DNA from: an uncultured Actinomycetota bacterium
Lineage (GTDB): Bacteria > Actinomycetota > Actinomycetes > Mycobacteriales > Mycobacteriaceae
Assembly: GCA_963850895.1 (NCBI GenBank)
Contig: CAWKNK010000011.1
Span: 117,841 to 181,840 of the forward strand
Length of the DNA stretch: 64,000 nt
Direction of reading: 5' to 3'
Each line of letters starts with the position of its first letter. The stretch's first letter is position 1. Below, piece by piece: positions 1 through 11,064 of the stretch. The notes under the pieces are model-generated. The model worked only from the letters and a program-made list of their open reading frames with translations, was not told the DNA's origin and searched no databases. The translations under genes and the position numbers were made by a program.

Positions 1-1
1 G

Positions 2-766
2 ACCGGCGAGCGGGAAAGCAATGCGCCCTACGGCGTCGACTGGTCAAAGCCAGTGGCGCGCTTCGAGGAGGCGGTGGCCACCATCCGCGCGCTGTGGGAC
101 TCCAACGGCGAGCTGGTCACCCGGGACTCACCGTTCTTCCCTTTGCACAAAGCGACTTTCGCCCTGCCCCCGTATAAGGGCAAGTGGCCACCGATCTGGA
201 TCGCCGCGCACGGGCCGCGGATGATGCGTGCCACCGGACGCTATGCCGACGGCTGGTTTCCCGGAACGACCCGAGCGGCCGAATACGGCGAGCAACTCGA
301 CATCGTGCGCGGCGCGGCTTCCGAGGCCGGCCGCGACCCGATGTCCATCACGCCCGCGCTCATCCGGTTCATCGTGACCGGGCGTTCTCGCGACGAGATC
401 GACGAAGTCGTGGACTCCGATATCGCCAAGGTGTTCACGCTCAACTCGCCCGCCAAGGACTGGGCGCGCCACGGCGCCCAGCACCCGCTGGGGGCCGATT
501 TCACGGGAGTGCAGGACCTCATTCCACAGACAATCGACGAGCAGACGGCGCTCTCCTATGCGGCCAGGGCACCGCGGTCGCTCGTGCGCGAGTTGTTTGC
601 GGTCGGAATGCCGGACGAGGTCATCGAGCAGATTGCCGAGTTCCGCGACAACGGATTACGCCACGTCGTCGTGGGCAATGCCGGTGCGATTCAACCGAGT
701 CTGCGCAAGAGCGCCGCCGCAATCGCGCCCTACGTCAAGGTCGTGCGAGGCCTGCGGAAGCTATGA
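2..766 (+). CDS. LLM-class (probably F420-dependent) oxidoreductase, 5' part outside window
   Basis: Frame open from base 2 ([24 protein letters not shown]...[23 protein letters not shown]), typical luciferase-like monooxygenase motifs. Confidence 0.8.
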   Translation, partial: TGERESNAPYGVDWSKPVARFEEAVATIRALWDSNGELVTRDSPFFPLHKATFALPPYKGKWPPIWIAAHGPRMMRATGRYADGWFPGTTRAAEYGEQLDIVRGAASEAGRDPMSITPALIRFIVTGRSRDEIDEVVDSDIAKVFTLNSPAKDWARHGAQHPLGADFTGVQDLIPQTIDEQTALSYAARAPRSLVRELFAVGMPDEVIEQIAEFRDNGLRHVVVGNAGAIQPSLRKSAAAIAPYVKVVRGLRKL

Positions 767-779
767 GCGAGGAGCTGCC

Positions 780-1211
780 ATGCCGATGATCGACCTGACG
801 TTCGTGCGTGGCTCGGTGGACGACGAGGCGTTGAGCCGGTTGACCGACGAGTTGGTCACCGCGCTACTGCGGGCCGAGCGCGCCCCGGACACCGCGTTCT
901 TACGCGACAACACCTGGGCGTACGTGCACGCGGTGGATCCTGCAGACCTCTCGGTAGGCGGTCGGGGGCCGGGCGCGCCTCGGTTCAGGGTCGATCTCAC
1001 GGTGTTCGAGGGCGCGCTGTCACAGGACCGCAAGGAGCAGCTTGCAGCGGACGTGCACGCCGCAGTGTGCGCGGCGGCGGGAATCGAACCGCAGGGCGCA
1101 CGGGCGTTTCATGTGTGGACGTTGATCCACGAGATCCCCGAGGGGAATTGGGCCGGCGGCGGCCAGGTCATCTATTACCAACAAGTGAAAGGCCTCGCGG
1201 CCGAGGATTAA
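780..1211 (+). CDS. Tautomerase-family protein (4-oxalocrotonate tautomerase/CaaD-like fold)
   Basis: ATG at 780 gives N-terminal M-P-M-I (catalytic Pro1 after Met removal); C-terminal EIPEGNWAGGG; starts 13 bp after the upstream stop. Confidence 0.7.
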   Translation: MPMIDLTFVRGSVDDEALSRLTDELVTALLRAERAPDTAFLRDNTWAYVHAVDPADLSVGGRGPGAPRFRVDLTVFEGALSQDRKEQLAADVHAAVCAAAGIEPQGARAFHVWTLIHEIPEGNWAGGGQVIYYQQVKGLAAED

Positions 1212-1234
1212 TGGGATCCTTGCTTGACCCACGG

Positions 1235-1308
1235 TGGCCAGGGGCGGGATCGAACCGCCGACCTTCCGCTTTTCAGGCGGACGCTCGTACCGACTGAGCT
1301 ACCTGGCC
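1235..1308 (-). tRNA. tRNA-Phe(GAA)
   Basis: GGCCAGG/CCTGGCC acceptor stem, anticodon loop CTGAAAA, GGTTCGATCC T-loop; CCA not fully encoded. Confidence 0.97.
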
Positions 1309-1334
1309 GGAAGGCATGAAGTGCCTCGCCGAGT

Positions 1335-1411
1335 TGGCGACCCTGACGGGACTCGAACCCGCGACCTCCGCCGTGACAGGGCGGCGCGCTAACCAACTGC
1401 GCCACAGGGCC
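1335..1411 (-). tRNA. tRNA-Asp(GTC)
   Basis: Cloverleaf, anticodon loop CTGTCAC, GGTTCGAGTCC, encoded CCA. Confidence 0.97.
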
Positions 1412-1440
1412 TTGCTGCTGCTCCGCGTTACCGCGTCGCG

Positions 1441-1513
1441 TACCCCCTACGGGATTCGAACCCGCGCTACCGCCTTGAAAGGGCGGCGTCCTAGGCCGCT
1501 AGACGAAGGGGGC
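1441..1513 (-). tRNA. tRNA-Glu(TTC)
   Basis: GCCCCCT/AGGGGGT acceptor, anticodon loop CTTTCAA, GGTTCGAATCC. Confidence 0.97.
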
Positions 1514-1637
1514 CAGAACCGAATCTCTCCGGGGTACTCGCAACGAGGTTCCGTTGGGAGCCACGTCAGCTTAGGTCACCGCAGGCCCAATCCTCAAACG
1601 AGCCGCATTTCGGGTCCAAGTATCCTGAATCTCCGCG

Positions 1638-1710
1638 GCCCCTATAGCTCAGTTGGTAGAGCTACGGACTTTTAATCCGCAGGTCCTAGGTTCGAGTCCT
1701 AGTGGGGGCA
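1638..1710 (+). tRNA. tRNA-Lys(TTT)
   Basis: GCCCCTA/TGGGGGC acceptor, anticodon loop CTTTTAA, GGTTCGAGTCC; TATCCT -10 at 1621. Confidence 0.97.
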
Positions 1711-1740
1711 CCGAAGCGTATTGGCCTCGGCAGATGGCGC

Positions 1741-2640
1741 TTAGCGCCCGAGCACCGCGCTGCTGTAGGTCACATCGGCGAAGGCTTGGGCGACCTCGTC
1801 GTCGGCGTAGACAAAGCCGTTGGCCGCGTGCAGTTCCGCGACGGTCTGCGACGAAGTCCGCCAGCCGCGCCGGCTCAGGTGGTCGACGATGTGGCTGCGT
1901 TCGCCGTGATAGACGAGGTCGTTGAAGTCAACCTCGAACCCGAGCTCGCTCATCCGATCGTGGTGCGCCCGCCAGCGCGGGTCGGCGAAAATGGCGGTGT
2001 CAGGCACGAAGTCGAAGGCCAGGCGGCTGCCCGGGGCGCTCAAGGCGGTGATGTTGTCGAACAGCGCGTCCTGGGCCGCCTCCGGCAGGTACACCAATAG
2101 GCCCTCGGCACTCCACACCGACGGAGCCTGCGGATCGAATCCGGCATCGCGCAGCGCCGTGGCCCAATCGTCGCGCAGGTCGACGGCGACGGTGCGCCGC
2201 TCGGCGGTCGGCGCGGCACCCAGATCGTCGAGGGTCAGGGTCTTGAACTCGATCACCTCCGGCATGTCGACCTCGTAGACGACCGTGCCCGCCGGCCACG
2301 GCAGGCGGTAGGCGCGCGCGTCAAGCCCCGACGCGAGGATCACCGCCTGGCCAATGCCGCTCCGCGTTGCTTCCAGGAAGAAGTCATCGTAAAACCTTGT
2401 GCGACATGCCATCCCCCGCGCCATTCGGTGCGGATCGAACTCGGAAGGCCCGCCGACGGGGATTTCGCCGTTCACCAGCCGGACGTAGACGTCGATCCCG
2501 GCGGCGCGCACCAGCGGGGCCGCGTACGGGTCGTCGATCAACTTCGCGTCGGAGGACAGGGCCCGCTGGGCCGCGACCATCGTCGCCGTCGCCCCCACGC
2601 TCGTCGCCAGATCCCAACGATCACGATCGGTGCGCGCCAT
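1741..2640 (-). CDS. Mycobacterial SAM-dependent methyltransferase (Rv0830-like)
   Basis: [20 protein letters not shown] start, [16 protein letters not shown] and [10 protein letters not shown] motifs. Confidence 0.92.
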   Translation of the reverse strand: MARTDRDRWDLATSVGATATMVAAQRALSSDAKLIDDPYAAPLVRAAGIDVYVRLVNGEIPVGGPSEFDPHRMARGMACRTRFYDDFFLEATRSGIGQAVILASGLDARAYRLPWPAGTVVYEVDMPEVIEFKTLTLDDLGAAPTAERRTVAVDLRDDWATALRDAGFDPQAPSVWSAEGLLVYLPEAAQDALFDNITALSAPGSRLAFDFVPDTAIFADPRWRAHHDRMSELGFEVDFNDLVYHGERSHIVDHLSRRGWRTSSQTVAELHAANGFVYADDEVAQAFADVTYSSAVLGR

Positions 2641-2731
2641 GGTGCTCCCTCATCCCGGCCCAAATTAAATAGACAATCTAGTCAGTATCACAGCGCGGAT
2701 TCCCAACCCCCGCGGGACTACCCTGCGACCT

Positions 2732-3232
2732 GTGACCGACTTCGCCCAGCGGACGATCGACCTGGCACGCAGAAACGTCGCGGAGGGCGGGCGCCCGTTC
2801 GCGACGGTGATCGTCAACGACGGCGAAGTCCTCGCCGAGAGCGCCAACAAGGTCGCCCAGACGAACGACCCGACCGCCCACGCGGAAATCCTGGCCATCC
2901 GCGAGGCGTGCATGAAGCTGGGCACCGAGCACCTCGTCGGCAGCACGATTTACGTGATGGCGCATCCGAGCCCGATGTGCCTGGGCTCGCTGTACTACTG
3001 CTCACCCAAGGAAGTCGTCTTCCTGATCACCCGCGAGGCCTACGAGCAGTACTACCTCGACGACCGCAAGTACTTCGAGGTGTCCACCTTCTACGACGAA
3101 TTCGCCAAGAGCTGGGATCAGCGGCGCCTGCCCATGCGCTACCAACCTCAAGACGGTGCGGCGGAGGTCTACCGGTTCTGGAACGAGCGCAACGGCGGCC
3201 AGCGCCGGTCGACGGTCGTCCCGCCGGCCTAA
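2732..3232 (+). CDS. Nucleoside/guanine deaminase family (Rv0828c-like), with PSxxC in place of PCxxC
   Basis: DPTAHAE motif present; second motif reads HPSPMC. Confidence 0.85.
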   Translation: MTDFAQRTIDLARRNVAEGGRPFATVIVNDGEVLAESANKVAQTNDPTAHAEILAIREACMKLGTEHLVGSTIYVMAHPSPMCLGSLYYCSPKEVVFLITREAYEQYYLDDRKYFEVSTFYDEFAKSWDQRRLPMRYQPQDGAAEVYRFWNERNGGQRRSTVVPPA

Positions 3233-3268
3233 GAAACACCCATTGGCAGCGGCCGCCGACCTTGATTA

Positions 3269-3292
3269 CTATTTGCGTATGCATGCAGATAA
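3269..3292. promoter_or_regulatory. Putative KmtR operator overlapping the kmtR start codon
   Basis: CTATTTGCGT-atgc-ATGCAGATAA, 7 of 10 arm positions complementary; ArsR/SmtB repressors bind palindromes at their own promoters. Confidence 0.6.
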
Positions 3293-3686
3293 CAGCGGAG
3301 GCCGGTTGCCCGACGACCAGGCGAGTCTGGTGGTCGAGGTCTTCCGAATGCTGGCCGACGTGACCCGCGTGCAGGTGCTGTGGTCACTGACCGACCGCGA
3401 GATGTCGGTCAACGAACTCGCCGAGCACGTGGGTAAGCCGGCACCGTCGGTCTCACAACACCTGGCGAAGCTGCGGATGGCGCGCCTGGTCCGCACCCGC
3501 CGGGAGGGGACCACCATCTTCTACAGCCTCGAGAACGACCACGTCCGTCAGCTCGTCACCGACGCGGTCTTCAACGCCGAGCACGCCGGCCCGGGCGTGC
3601 CCGGTCATCACCGCAGGGATGGCGGACTGAAGGCGGTCGCCGAATCGACGGCCCCGCCGGACCGTCGGCACAGCGGCACCAAGTGA
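3279..3686 (+). CDS. kmtR: ArsR/SmtB Ni/Co-sensing repressor KmtR (Rv0827c-like)
   Basis: LPDDQASLVVEVFRMLAD...SVSQHLAKLRMARLV...NAEHAGPGVPGHH. Confidence 0.9.
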   Translation: MHADNSGGRLPDDQASLVVEVFRMLADVTRVQVLWSLTDREMSVNELAEHVGKPAPSVSQHLAKLRMARLVRTRREGTTIFYSLENDHVRQLVTDAVFNAEHAGPGVPGHHRRDGGLKAVAESTAPPDRRHSGTK

Positions 3687-3730
3687 ATAGGGAATCGACA
3701 CAGCGCATTTGACACAAGGAGACGACACCG

Positions 3731-3934
3731 ATGACCGAGCAGCACACCCATGACGCGCCCCACGCGCACGAACACGAGCACGGCGACGTCACCCACGCTC
3801 ACGCGCACACCGCGCACGAGCATGACCACGTCCAGCACGAGCACCCCCACAGCCACGCCGACGGGACCGAGCACAGCCATCAGCACGTGCACCAGGCGGG
3901 CCTGGAGGACGTTCACGGTCACGCTCACGCATAG
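3731..3934 (+). CDS. 67-aa His-rich putative metal-binding protein
   Basis: 23 His in 67 aa, mostly HxH spacing; AAGGAG RBS at 3716; no TM segment. Confidence 0.8.
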   Translation: MTEQHTHDAPHAHEHEHGDVTHAHAHTAHEHDHVQHEHPHSHADGTEHSHQHVHQAGLEDVHGHAHA

Positions 3935-3949
3935 CGCAGGCGGCGCGGC

Positions 3950-5010
3950 TCAGGAGACCGCCGGGCAGTAATGCTTCGGGTCGCCGCGCTCGTCCACCGG
4001 CGGCAGGTTGCGCGCCGGCGTCTGCACCAGCGGCGTATCGGCGGCGATTCGCCCGGCGGCGCGGTCGAAGCCCGCCCGGGCCCGCGGATGTTTACGGAAT
4101 CGGCTCGGCACGAAGACGAAAACCCCGCGAACGATGTCGCCGAAGCGGCGGTGTAACCACTCGTCGCGCCGCGACCACCGGTAACCCATCAACTCGCGAA
4201 CGGGGGGGTCGTACAGACCCACGGTCACCCAAACGAAGAACGGCGCGAGGAGTTTGCGCTGCGCGGCCCACAACCACTCCGGAAGCCATTGCGCGAACGG
4301 CGGTTTGGGGAGCTCGGTGAGGTCGAGCACGGCGCGAGCGGCGAAGTTGTCCTCTAGCACGTTGCGGCACATGTGATCCCAATAGACTCTCGAATTCCTC
4401 CCACGAGGCGGGGACGGGCCGCATGCTCATGCCATACATCCGGTACCAATCGACGTGTTCGTCGAACAGCTGGCGTTTCTGCGCTTCGGTCAGCCCGCCG
4501 CAGAACCGCTCCGCCACATGAATGGTGCCGACGAAGAAGGTGGCGTGGGCCCAGTAGAAGACATCGGGATTCAGACGCGTGGTAGCGGCGGCCCTGTTCG
4601 TCGACACCCTTGATGTCGGTGTGGTAGTCGCGCACTTCGGTGCCGGTGACCGGGGCGCGGTCACCGTCGAAGACCACTCCACCGATCGGGTACAAGGAGC
4701 GCAGCAGACGCTGCCAGCGCTCAATGAAGAACGTCGAGTGGTCGATGACGGCCGCGCCCAGTTGGGGGTGCATGTTCTGCATGGATCCGGCCCACGGACC
4801 CTGCAGCATGCCGCGCCAATCCCCGAAATACCGCCAGGTCAGCGACTCGGGCCCCAACGGGAGGGGTGGCGCGTCGTATCCCATGGGCGACACCGGGCAG
4901 CCGCCGGCCACACCATTCGATTTGTCTGTCGGATCCTGGGCGGCGGTGGTCGAATCGCCGCGCGCGACGTCGCTGGTCAGCGGGCCCGGTCCGGACGTAT
5001 GTTGAGTCAC
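3950..5010 (-). CDS. Oxygenase MpaB/DUF2236 family (Rv0826-like), two apparent frameshifts (~4575, ~4385)
   Basis: LGPESLTWRYFGDWRG, LNPDVFYWAHATF and MCRNVLEDNFAARAVLDL segments lie in three successive frames. Confidence 0.85.
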
Positions 5011-5079
5011 TATCAGATTCCTGTGGTTAATCCTGCAAAACTGACTACATGCGTTGTCATTTTCTAGCTTAGGAGCGAT

Positions 5080-5685
5080 GTGCAGCCCGGTCAACGACGG
5101 GGCCGTTGGACCGGCGTGCCCCTGGAGAGTCGCCTCGCCCTCCGTCGCGACAACCTCATCGCCGCCGGTGTGCAATTGCTCGGCAGCGACAGTCGACCGG
5201 CGTTGACCGTGCGTGCCGTGTGCCGCAAGGCCGCGCTGACCGAACGCTACTTCTACGAAAGCTTCTCGGACCGTGACGAATTCGTTCGCGCGGTCTACGA
5301 CGATGTATGTACGCGCGCGATGAGCACGCTCACCTCGGCGAATACCCCACGGGAAGCCGTCGAAAAGTTCGTCGAGCTGATGGTCGACGACCCGGTCCGC
5401 GGGCGCGTGCTGTTGCTGGCGCCGGCGGTCGAGCCGATATTGACCCGGTCGGGTGCGGAGTGGATGCCCAACTTCATCGAACTGCTGCAGCGCAAGCTGT
5501 CCCGGATCGGCGATCCGGTGCTGCAGAAGATGATCGCCACCAGCCTGATCGGCGGTCTGTCGAGTCTGTTCACCGCGTACCTGAACGGAAAGCTCGGGGC
5601 CACCCGCAAACAATTCATCGACTACTGCGTCAACATGCTGTACATCACGGCGGCCCCATACGTGCCCACCCCCGAGCTGGGGTAG
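5080..5685 (+). CDS. TetR-family regulator (Rv0825c-like)
   Basis: HTH LTVRAVCRKAALTERYFYESF; AGGAG RBS; divergent from MpaB-family gene. Confidence 0.9.
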   Translation: MQPGQRRGRWTGVPLESRLALRRDNLIAAGVQLLGSDSRPALTVRAVCRKAALTERYFYESFSDRDEFVRAVYDDVCTRAMSTLTSANTPREAVEKFVELMVDDPVRGRVLLLAPAVEPILTRSGAEWMPNFIELLQRKLSRIGDPVLQKMIATSLIGGLSSLFTAYLNGKLGATRKQFIDYCVNMLYITAAPYVPTPELG

Positions 5686-5863
5686 CTGACCGGCTGTTTA
5701 TCAATTGGGCCGCGGCGGCAAACCGTAAAACCTGGACGCGGCGCCAGGGCGCGCTCAAAATATAGCTCAAACCGTTATGCGGCGCGCGGCCAGGCAACTT
5801 GATGCTACTGAAGTACACAGATATATTGAGTGCAACCCGTCGACACAGATAACTGGAGGGCCT

Positions 5864-6879
5864 ATGTCAGCCGAGCTGACCGACCTACAGCTGCTGCACG
5901 AGCTCGAACCGGTCGTTGAGAAGTACCTCAACCGGCACGAGAGCGTGCACAAGGACTGGAACCCGCACGACTACATCCCGTGGTCGGACGGCAAGAACTT
6001 CTACGCGCTCGGCGGCCAGGACTGGGACCCCGAGGCAGAGCCAGCTCTCCGACGTCGCCCAGGTGGCGATGGTGCAGAACCTGATGACCGAGGACAACCT
6101 GCCGTCCTATCACCGCGAGATCGCGATGAACTTCGGCATGGACGGCGCCTGGGGCCAGTGGGTCAACCGGTGGACCGCCGAGGAGAACCGGCACGGCATC
6201 GCGATCCGCGACTACCTGGTCGTGACCCGCGCGGTCGACCCGGTCGAGCTGGAGAAGCTGCGCATCGAGGTGGTCAACCGCGGCTTCAGCCCGGGCCAGA
6301 ACCAGCAGGGGCGACCTGTTCGCCGAGAGCCTGTTCGACTCGGTCATCTATGTCACGTTCCAGGAGCTGGCCACCCGCGTCTCGCACCGCAACACCGGTA
6401 AGGCCTGCAACGAGACGATCGCCGACCAGCTGCTGGCCAAGATCTCGGCCGACGAGAACCTGCACATGATCTTCTACCGGGACGTCAGCGAGGCCGGGTT
6501 CGAGCTTCGCCCAACCAGGCGATGAAGTCGCTGCACAAGATCCTGCGCAACTTCCAGATGCCCGGCTACCCGGTGCCCGAATTCCGCCGCAAGGCCGTGA
6601 TCATCGCCGTCGGCGGCGTCTACGACCCCCGCATCCACCTCGACGAGGTCGTGATGCCGGTGCTGAAGAAGTGGCGCATCTTCGAGCGCGACGACTTCAC
6701 CGGCGAGGCCGCGCGGATGCGTGACGACCTCGGCGAGCTGATCGAAGGAGCTTGAGGCAGGCCTGCGACAAGTTCGAGGTATCCAAGCAGCGCTAACTCG
6801 AGCGCGAAGCCCGCATGGCCGAAGGGACCACCGCAAAGGAGCTCAGACCGCGGGCAAGCTGACGCTCAGCGGACGGTAG
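5864..6879 (+). CDS. desA1: Acyl-ACP desaturase DesA1, about 5 apparent frameshifts
   Basis: WNPHDYIPW, EDNLPSYH, WTAEENRHG, DENLH diiron motifs; GGAGGG RBS; segments spread over several frames. Confidence 0.88.
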
Positions 6880-6886
6880 CTGGCCG

Positions 6887-8024
6887 TTGCGCATCGGCCC
6901 CATCGAGCTCGCCAGCCCGGTGGTGTTGGCGCCGATGGCCGGTGTGACCAACGTCGCGTTCCGGACGCTGTGTCGTGAACTAGAGCAGTCCAAGGTCGGC
7001 ACCGTCAGCGGACTCTACGTCTGCGAGATGGTGACCGCGCGCGCGCTCGTCGAGCGGCATCCGGTCACCATGCACATGACGACGTTCGCCCCGGACGAGT
7101 CGCCGCGCTCGCTGCAGCTCTACACCGTCGACCCGGACACCACGTACGCGGCCGCCCGGATGATCGTCGACGAAGGCCTGGCCGACCACATCGACATGAA
7201 TTTCGGCTGCCCGGTGCCCAAGGTCACCAGGCGCGGCGGCGGCGCGGCGCTGCCGTTCAAGCGGCGGCTGTTCGGCCAGATCGTCGCCGCGGCCGTGCGC
7301 GCCACCGAAGGCACCGCAGATCCCGGTGACCGTCAAGTTCCGCATCGGCATCGACGACGAGCACCACACGCACCTCGATGCCGGCCGCATCGCCGAGGCC
7401 GGAGGGCGCGGCCGCGGTCGCGCTGCACGCCCGCACGGCCGCGCAGCGCTACTCCGGCACCGCCGATTGGGAGCAGATCGCCGCGCTCAAGCAACACGTG
7501 CGGACGATTCCCGGTGCTCGGCAACGGCGACATCTACGACGCCAGCGACGCCGCTGGCGATGATGGCCACCACCGGATGCGACGGCGTCGTGATCGGCCG
7601 CGGCTGCCTGGGCCGGCCCTGGCTTTTCGCCGAGCTGTCGGCCGCGTTCACCGGCAGCCCCGCCCCCACCCCGCCCACGCTGGGCGAGGTCGCCGACATC
7701 ATTCGCCGCCACGGCCAGCTGCTGGCCGCGCACTTCGGCGAGGACAAGGGCATGCGCGACATCCGCAAGCACATCGCCTGGTACCTGCACGGCTTCCCGG
7801 CCGGCTCCGAGCTGCGCCGAGCGTTGGCGATGGTCAAGACGCTCGACGAACTCGATTCGCTGCTGAGCCAACTGGACGGCGCCGTCCCATTCCCGGCCGC
7901 GGCGACCGGCCCGCGGGGGCGGCAGGGCTCACCAGCCCGCGTGGCGCTGCCCGAAGGCTGGCTGACCGATCCCGACGACTGCACCGTGCCGGCCGGGGCC
8001 GACGTGATGCACTCCGGTGGCTGA
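6887..8024 (+). CDS. dusB: tRNA-dihydrouridine synthase (Rv0823c-like), apparent frameshifts
   Basis: VVLAPMAGVTN, DMNFGCP, TVKFRIG, GNGDI, IGRGCLGRPW. Confidence 0.88.
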
Positions 8025-8248
8025 ACCGGCCGCTCGAAATCGCGTCCGGCCCGATAACTCAGTACGATGTGGACCTTGCTGCATTGCGCGTTCGGTGGCG
8101 GATCGGTTACGTGCCGCCGCACGAGCGCGACAATGCGAGTGCGACCCACGGGTGGCGCGGGCCGCAGCGCTGACAACGGCAGCGCTGGGCCGATATCTGC
8201 GCACGGACACGCTGACGTCCACATCAGAGCTTCGGAGGCCGGTAGGAC

Positions 8249-10317
8249 ATGAGTGACGGCGAGGACGACGCCACTCTGCTCGGCGCATCGGCGCGCAGCC
8301 AGCTATCGCGCAAGCCGGTGCCGCCCTGGGAGCGGTTCTCGGAACCGCCGTCCGACTACAACCTCCATCGATGGCAGGCCGAGACCGCCGGTCGAGACCC
8401 GTCAGACATCCGCAGACGAGCCGGCTGACCGAAGAGTCCGGATGCACACCGAGGGCGGAGTCAGCGTCGCCGACCTGATCGCCAAAGTCGGCGCCCCGGC
8501 CAACCGGCCGGTCCACGCACCACCGCGTCGCGCCGGACATCGAACCCGCCGAGGCCGAGTCGGACCTGCCCGGTCGACTGCAGGACACGCAGGTCATCGA
8601 AGACCTGGCCTACTCGCTCGCGGCCGTCTCGGAGCTTCCCGACCTCGAGGCCGCCCACTATCGCGCACGGCGACGGGTCCACATCCGACGAGACTCTGGA
8701 CGCGTCCCGAGCCGGAAAAACCGGGCATCGCCACCGGCCGATGCTGCTGGCCGCGCGCTCGGCGGCGGCACTGCTTGCCGTCTGGCGCTGGCCCTGACCG
8801 GCGGGGCGTGGCAGTGGAGCACGTCGAAGAACGCCCGGCTCAACACCATCAGCGCCCTCGACCCACACTCGGGCGACATCCGGGACCCCAACGGCCAGTA
8901 CGGCGACGAAGACTTCCTGATCGTCGGCGTGGACTCCCGCGCCGGCGACAACGCCAACATGGGCGCCGGCAACACCGACGACGCCGACGGCGCCCGGTCG
9001 GACACCGTGATGCTGGTCAACATTCCGGCCAACCGCAAACGCGTGGTGGCGGTGTCTTTCCCCCGCGACCTGGCGATCACCCCGATGCAATGCGAGGCCT
9101 GGAACCCGGACACCGGTAAGTACGGACCCCTCTACGACGAGAAGACCAAGACCTGGGGTCCGAAGATGGTCTACACCGAGACCAAGCTGAACTCGGCGTT
9201 CGCCTTCGGCGGCCCGAAATGTCTGGTGAAGGAAATCCAGAAGCTGTCCGGTTTGAACATCAACCGCTTCATCGCCGTCGACTTCGCCGGCTTCGCGAGG
9301 ATGGTCGATGCCCTCGGCGGCGTCGAGGTGTGCAGCAACACCCCGCTGCACGACTACGAGCTGGGCACGGTGCTCGAACACGCGCGGACGCCAAGTCCTC
9401 GACGGCTCACCGCCCTGAATTATGTGCGAGCCCGCCAAGTCACCACCGAGATCAACGGGGACTACGGCCGCATCAAACGCCAGCAGCTGTTCCTGTCGTC
9501 GCTGCTGCGTTCGATGATCTCCGAGGACACGTTGCTCGACCTCAACAAGCTCAACAACGTCGTCAACATGTTCATCAGCGACACCTACGTCGACAACGTG
9601 CAAGACCAAAGGACCTGGTCCAACTCGGCCAGTCGTTGCAGGGGATGGCGGCCGGGCACGTCACCTTCGTGACCGTGCCGACCGGCATAACCGACCAGAA
9701 CGGCGACGAACCGCCGCGCATGGCCGATATGCGGGCGCTCTTCGACGCCATCATCAACGACGATCCGCTGCCCGAGGAAAACGACCAGAACGCAAAGAAT
9801 CTGGGGACCTCCGACGACAAGTCGGGGCAGACGAAGGCACCCGCCACCAAGAAGGCGCCGACCCCCACGCCCGCCCCCACCGCGGCCCCCGAGGCTCGAC
9901 ACGAGCAGGTCACCACGACCACGCCGGGCGATGTCACCGTGCGGGTGTCGAACGCGACCACGCAGAGCGGCCTGGCGGCAACCGCGACCAGCCAGCTCAA
10001 GCAGGACGGCTTCAACGTGATGACGCCGGACGACTATCCGAGTTCGGTGAACACGACGACGGTGTTGTTCTCCCCCGGCAACGAGCAGGCCGCGGCCACC
10101 GTGGCGTCCTCGTTCGCCAACGCAAGAGTCCAGCGGGTTTCCGGCTACGGGCAGGTCGTTCAGGTGGTGCTCGGACCCGACTTCAAGGCGGTCAGCCACT
10201 CCCCCACCCAGCGGCTCGTCGATCAGCATGCAGATCGAACGCAGCGCTGGCAGCGCCCCGACCAAGCTGCCCGAGGACCTGACCGTCACCAACGCCGCCG
10301 ACACCACCTGCGAGTAA
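8249..10317 (+). CDS. LCP (LytR-CpsA-Psr) cell-wall ligase with LytR_C domain (Rv0822c-like), apparent frameshifts
   Basis: LIVGVDSR, RSDTVML, SFPRDL, KLNSAF, DYGRIKRQQ; C-terminal VRVSNAT...VVQVVLGPDF; boundaries reconstructed across frames. Confidence 0.8.
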
Positions 10318-10377
10318 GCGTCATTTGGCGGCGCTCGCGCCGCCCTTTTTCGGCGCCGAGAACGTAGGCTTGGCGAT

Positions 10378-11046
10378 ATGCGAACCGCCTACCACGAGCA
10401 GCTCTCGGAGCTATCCGAGCGGCTCGGCGAGATGTGCGGACTGGCAGGGGTCGCGATGGAGCGGGCGACCCAAGCGCTGCTGCAGGCCGATCTGGTGCTG
10501 GCCGAACAAGTGATCTCCGACCACGAAAAGATCGCCACGCTGAGCGCCCGCGCCGAGGAAAGCGCCTTCGTGCTGCTGGCCTTGCAGGCACCGGTCGCCG
10601 GTGATCTGAGGTCCATCGTGAGCGCCATCCAGATCGTCGCCGACATCGACCGGATGGGCGCGCTGGCCCTGCACGTCGCCAAGATCGCCCGCCGCCGGCA
10701 TCCCCAGCACGCGCTGCCCGAAGAGGTCAATGGCTACTTCGCCGAAATGGGCAGGGTCGCAGTCGAATTGGGTAACAGCGCGCAAGAGGTGGTGATGTCC
10801 CGCGACCCGGAGAAAGCCGCCCGGATCCGCGAAGAAGACGACGCGATGGACGATCTGCACCGCCATCTGTTCTCGGTGTTGATGGACCGCGAATGGAAGT
10901 ACGGCGTGGCGGCCGCCGTCGACGTGACCCTGCTGGGCCGGTTCTACGAGCGCTTCGCCGACCACGCCGTCGAAGTGGCGAGGCGCGTCATCTTCCAGGC
11001 GACCGGCAGACTGCCCGAAGACGAAACGAAACCCACCTCGCATTAG
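10378..11046 (+). CDS. phoU: Phosphate signalling protein PhoU (PhoY2)
   Basis: [27 protein letters not shown]. Confidence 0.93.
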   Translation: MRTAYHEQLSELSERLGEMCGLAGVAMERATQALLQADLVLAEQVISDHEKIATLSARAEESAFVLLALQAPVAGDLRSIVSAIQIVADIDRMGALALHVAKIARRRHPQHALPEEVNGYFAEMGRVAVELGNSAQEVVMSRDPEKAARIREEDDAMDDLHRHLFSVLMDREWKYGVAAAVDVTLLGRFYERFADHAVEVARRVIFQATGRLPEDETKPTSH

Positions 11047-11064
11047 GCGAAGTCGCGTCCCGGG

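Noticed and set aside
5864..6879. desA1 as true pseudogene; ASdes antisense RNA
   Set aside because: Indels are best explained as sequence error; ASdes is known from M. tuberculosis but cannot be delimited from sequence alone
8164..8188. Twin CAGCGCTG palindromes upstream of the LCP gene
   Set aside because: Short, GC-rich and in the error-prone block; may be chance
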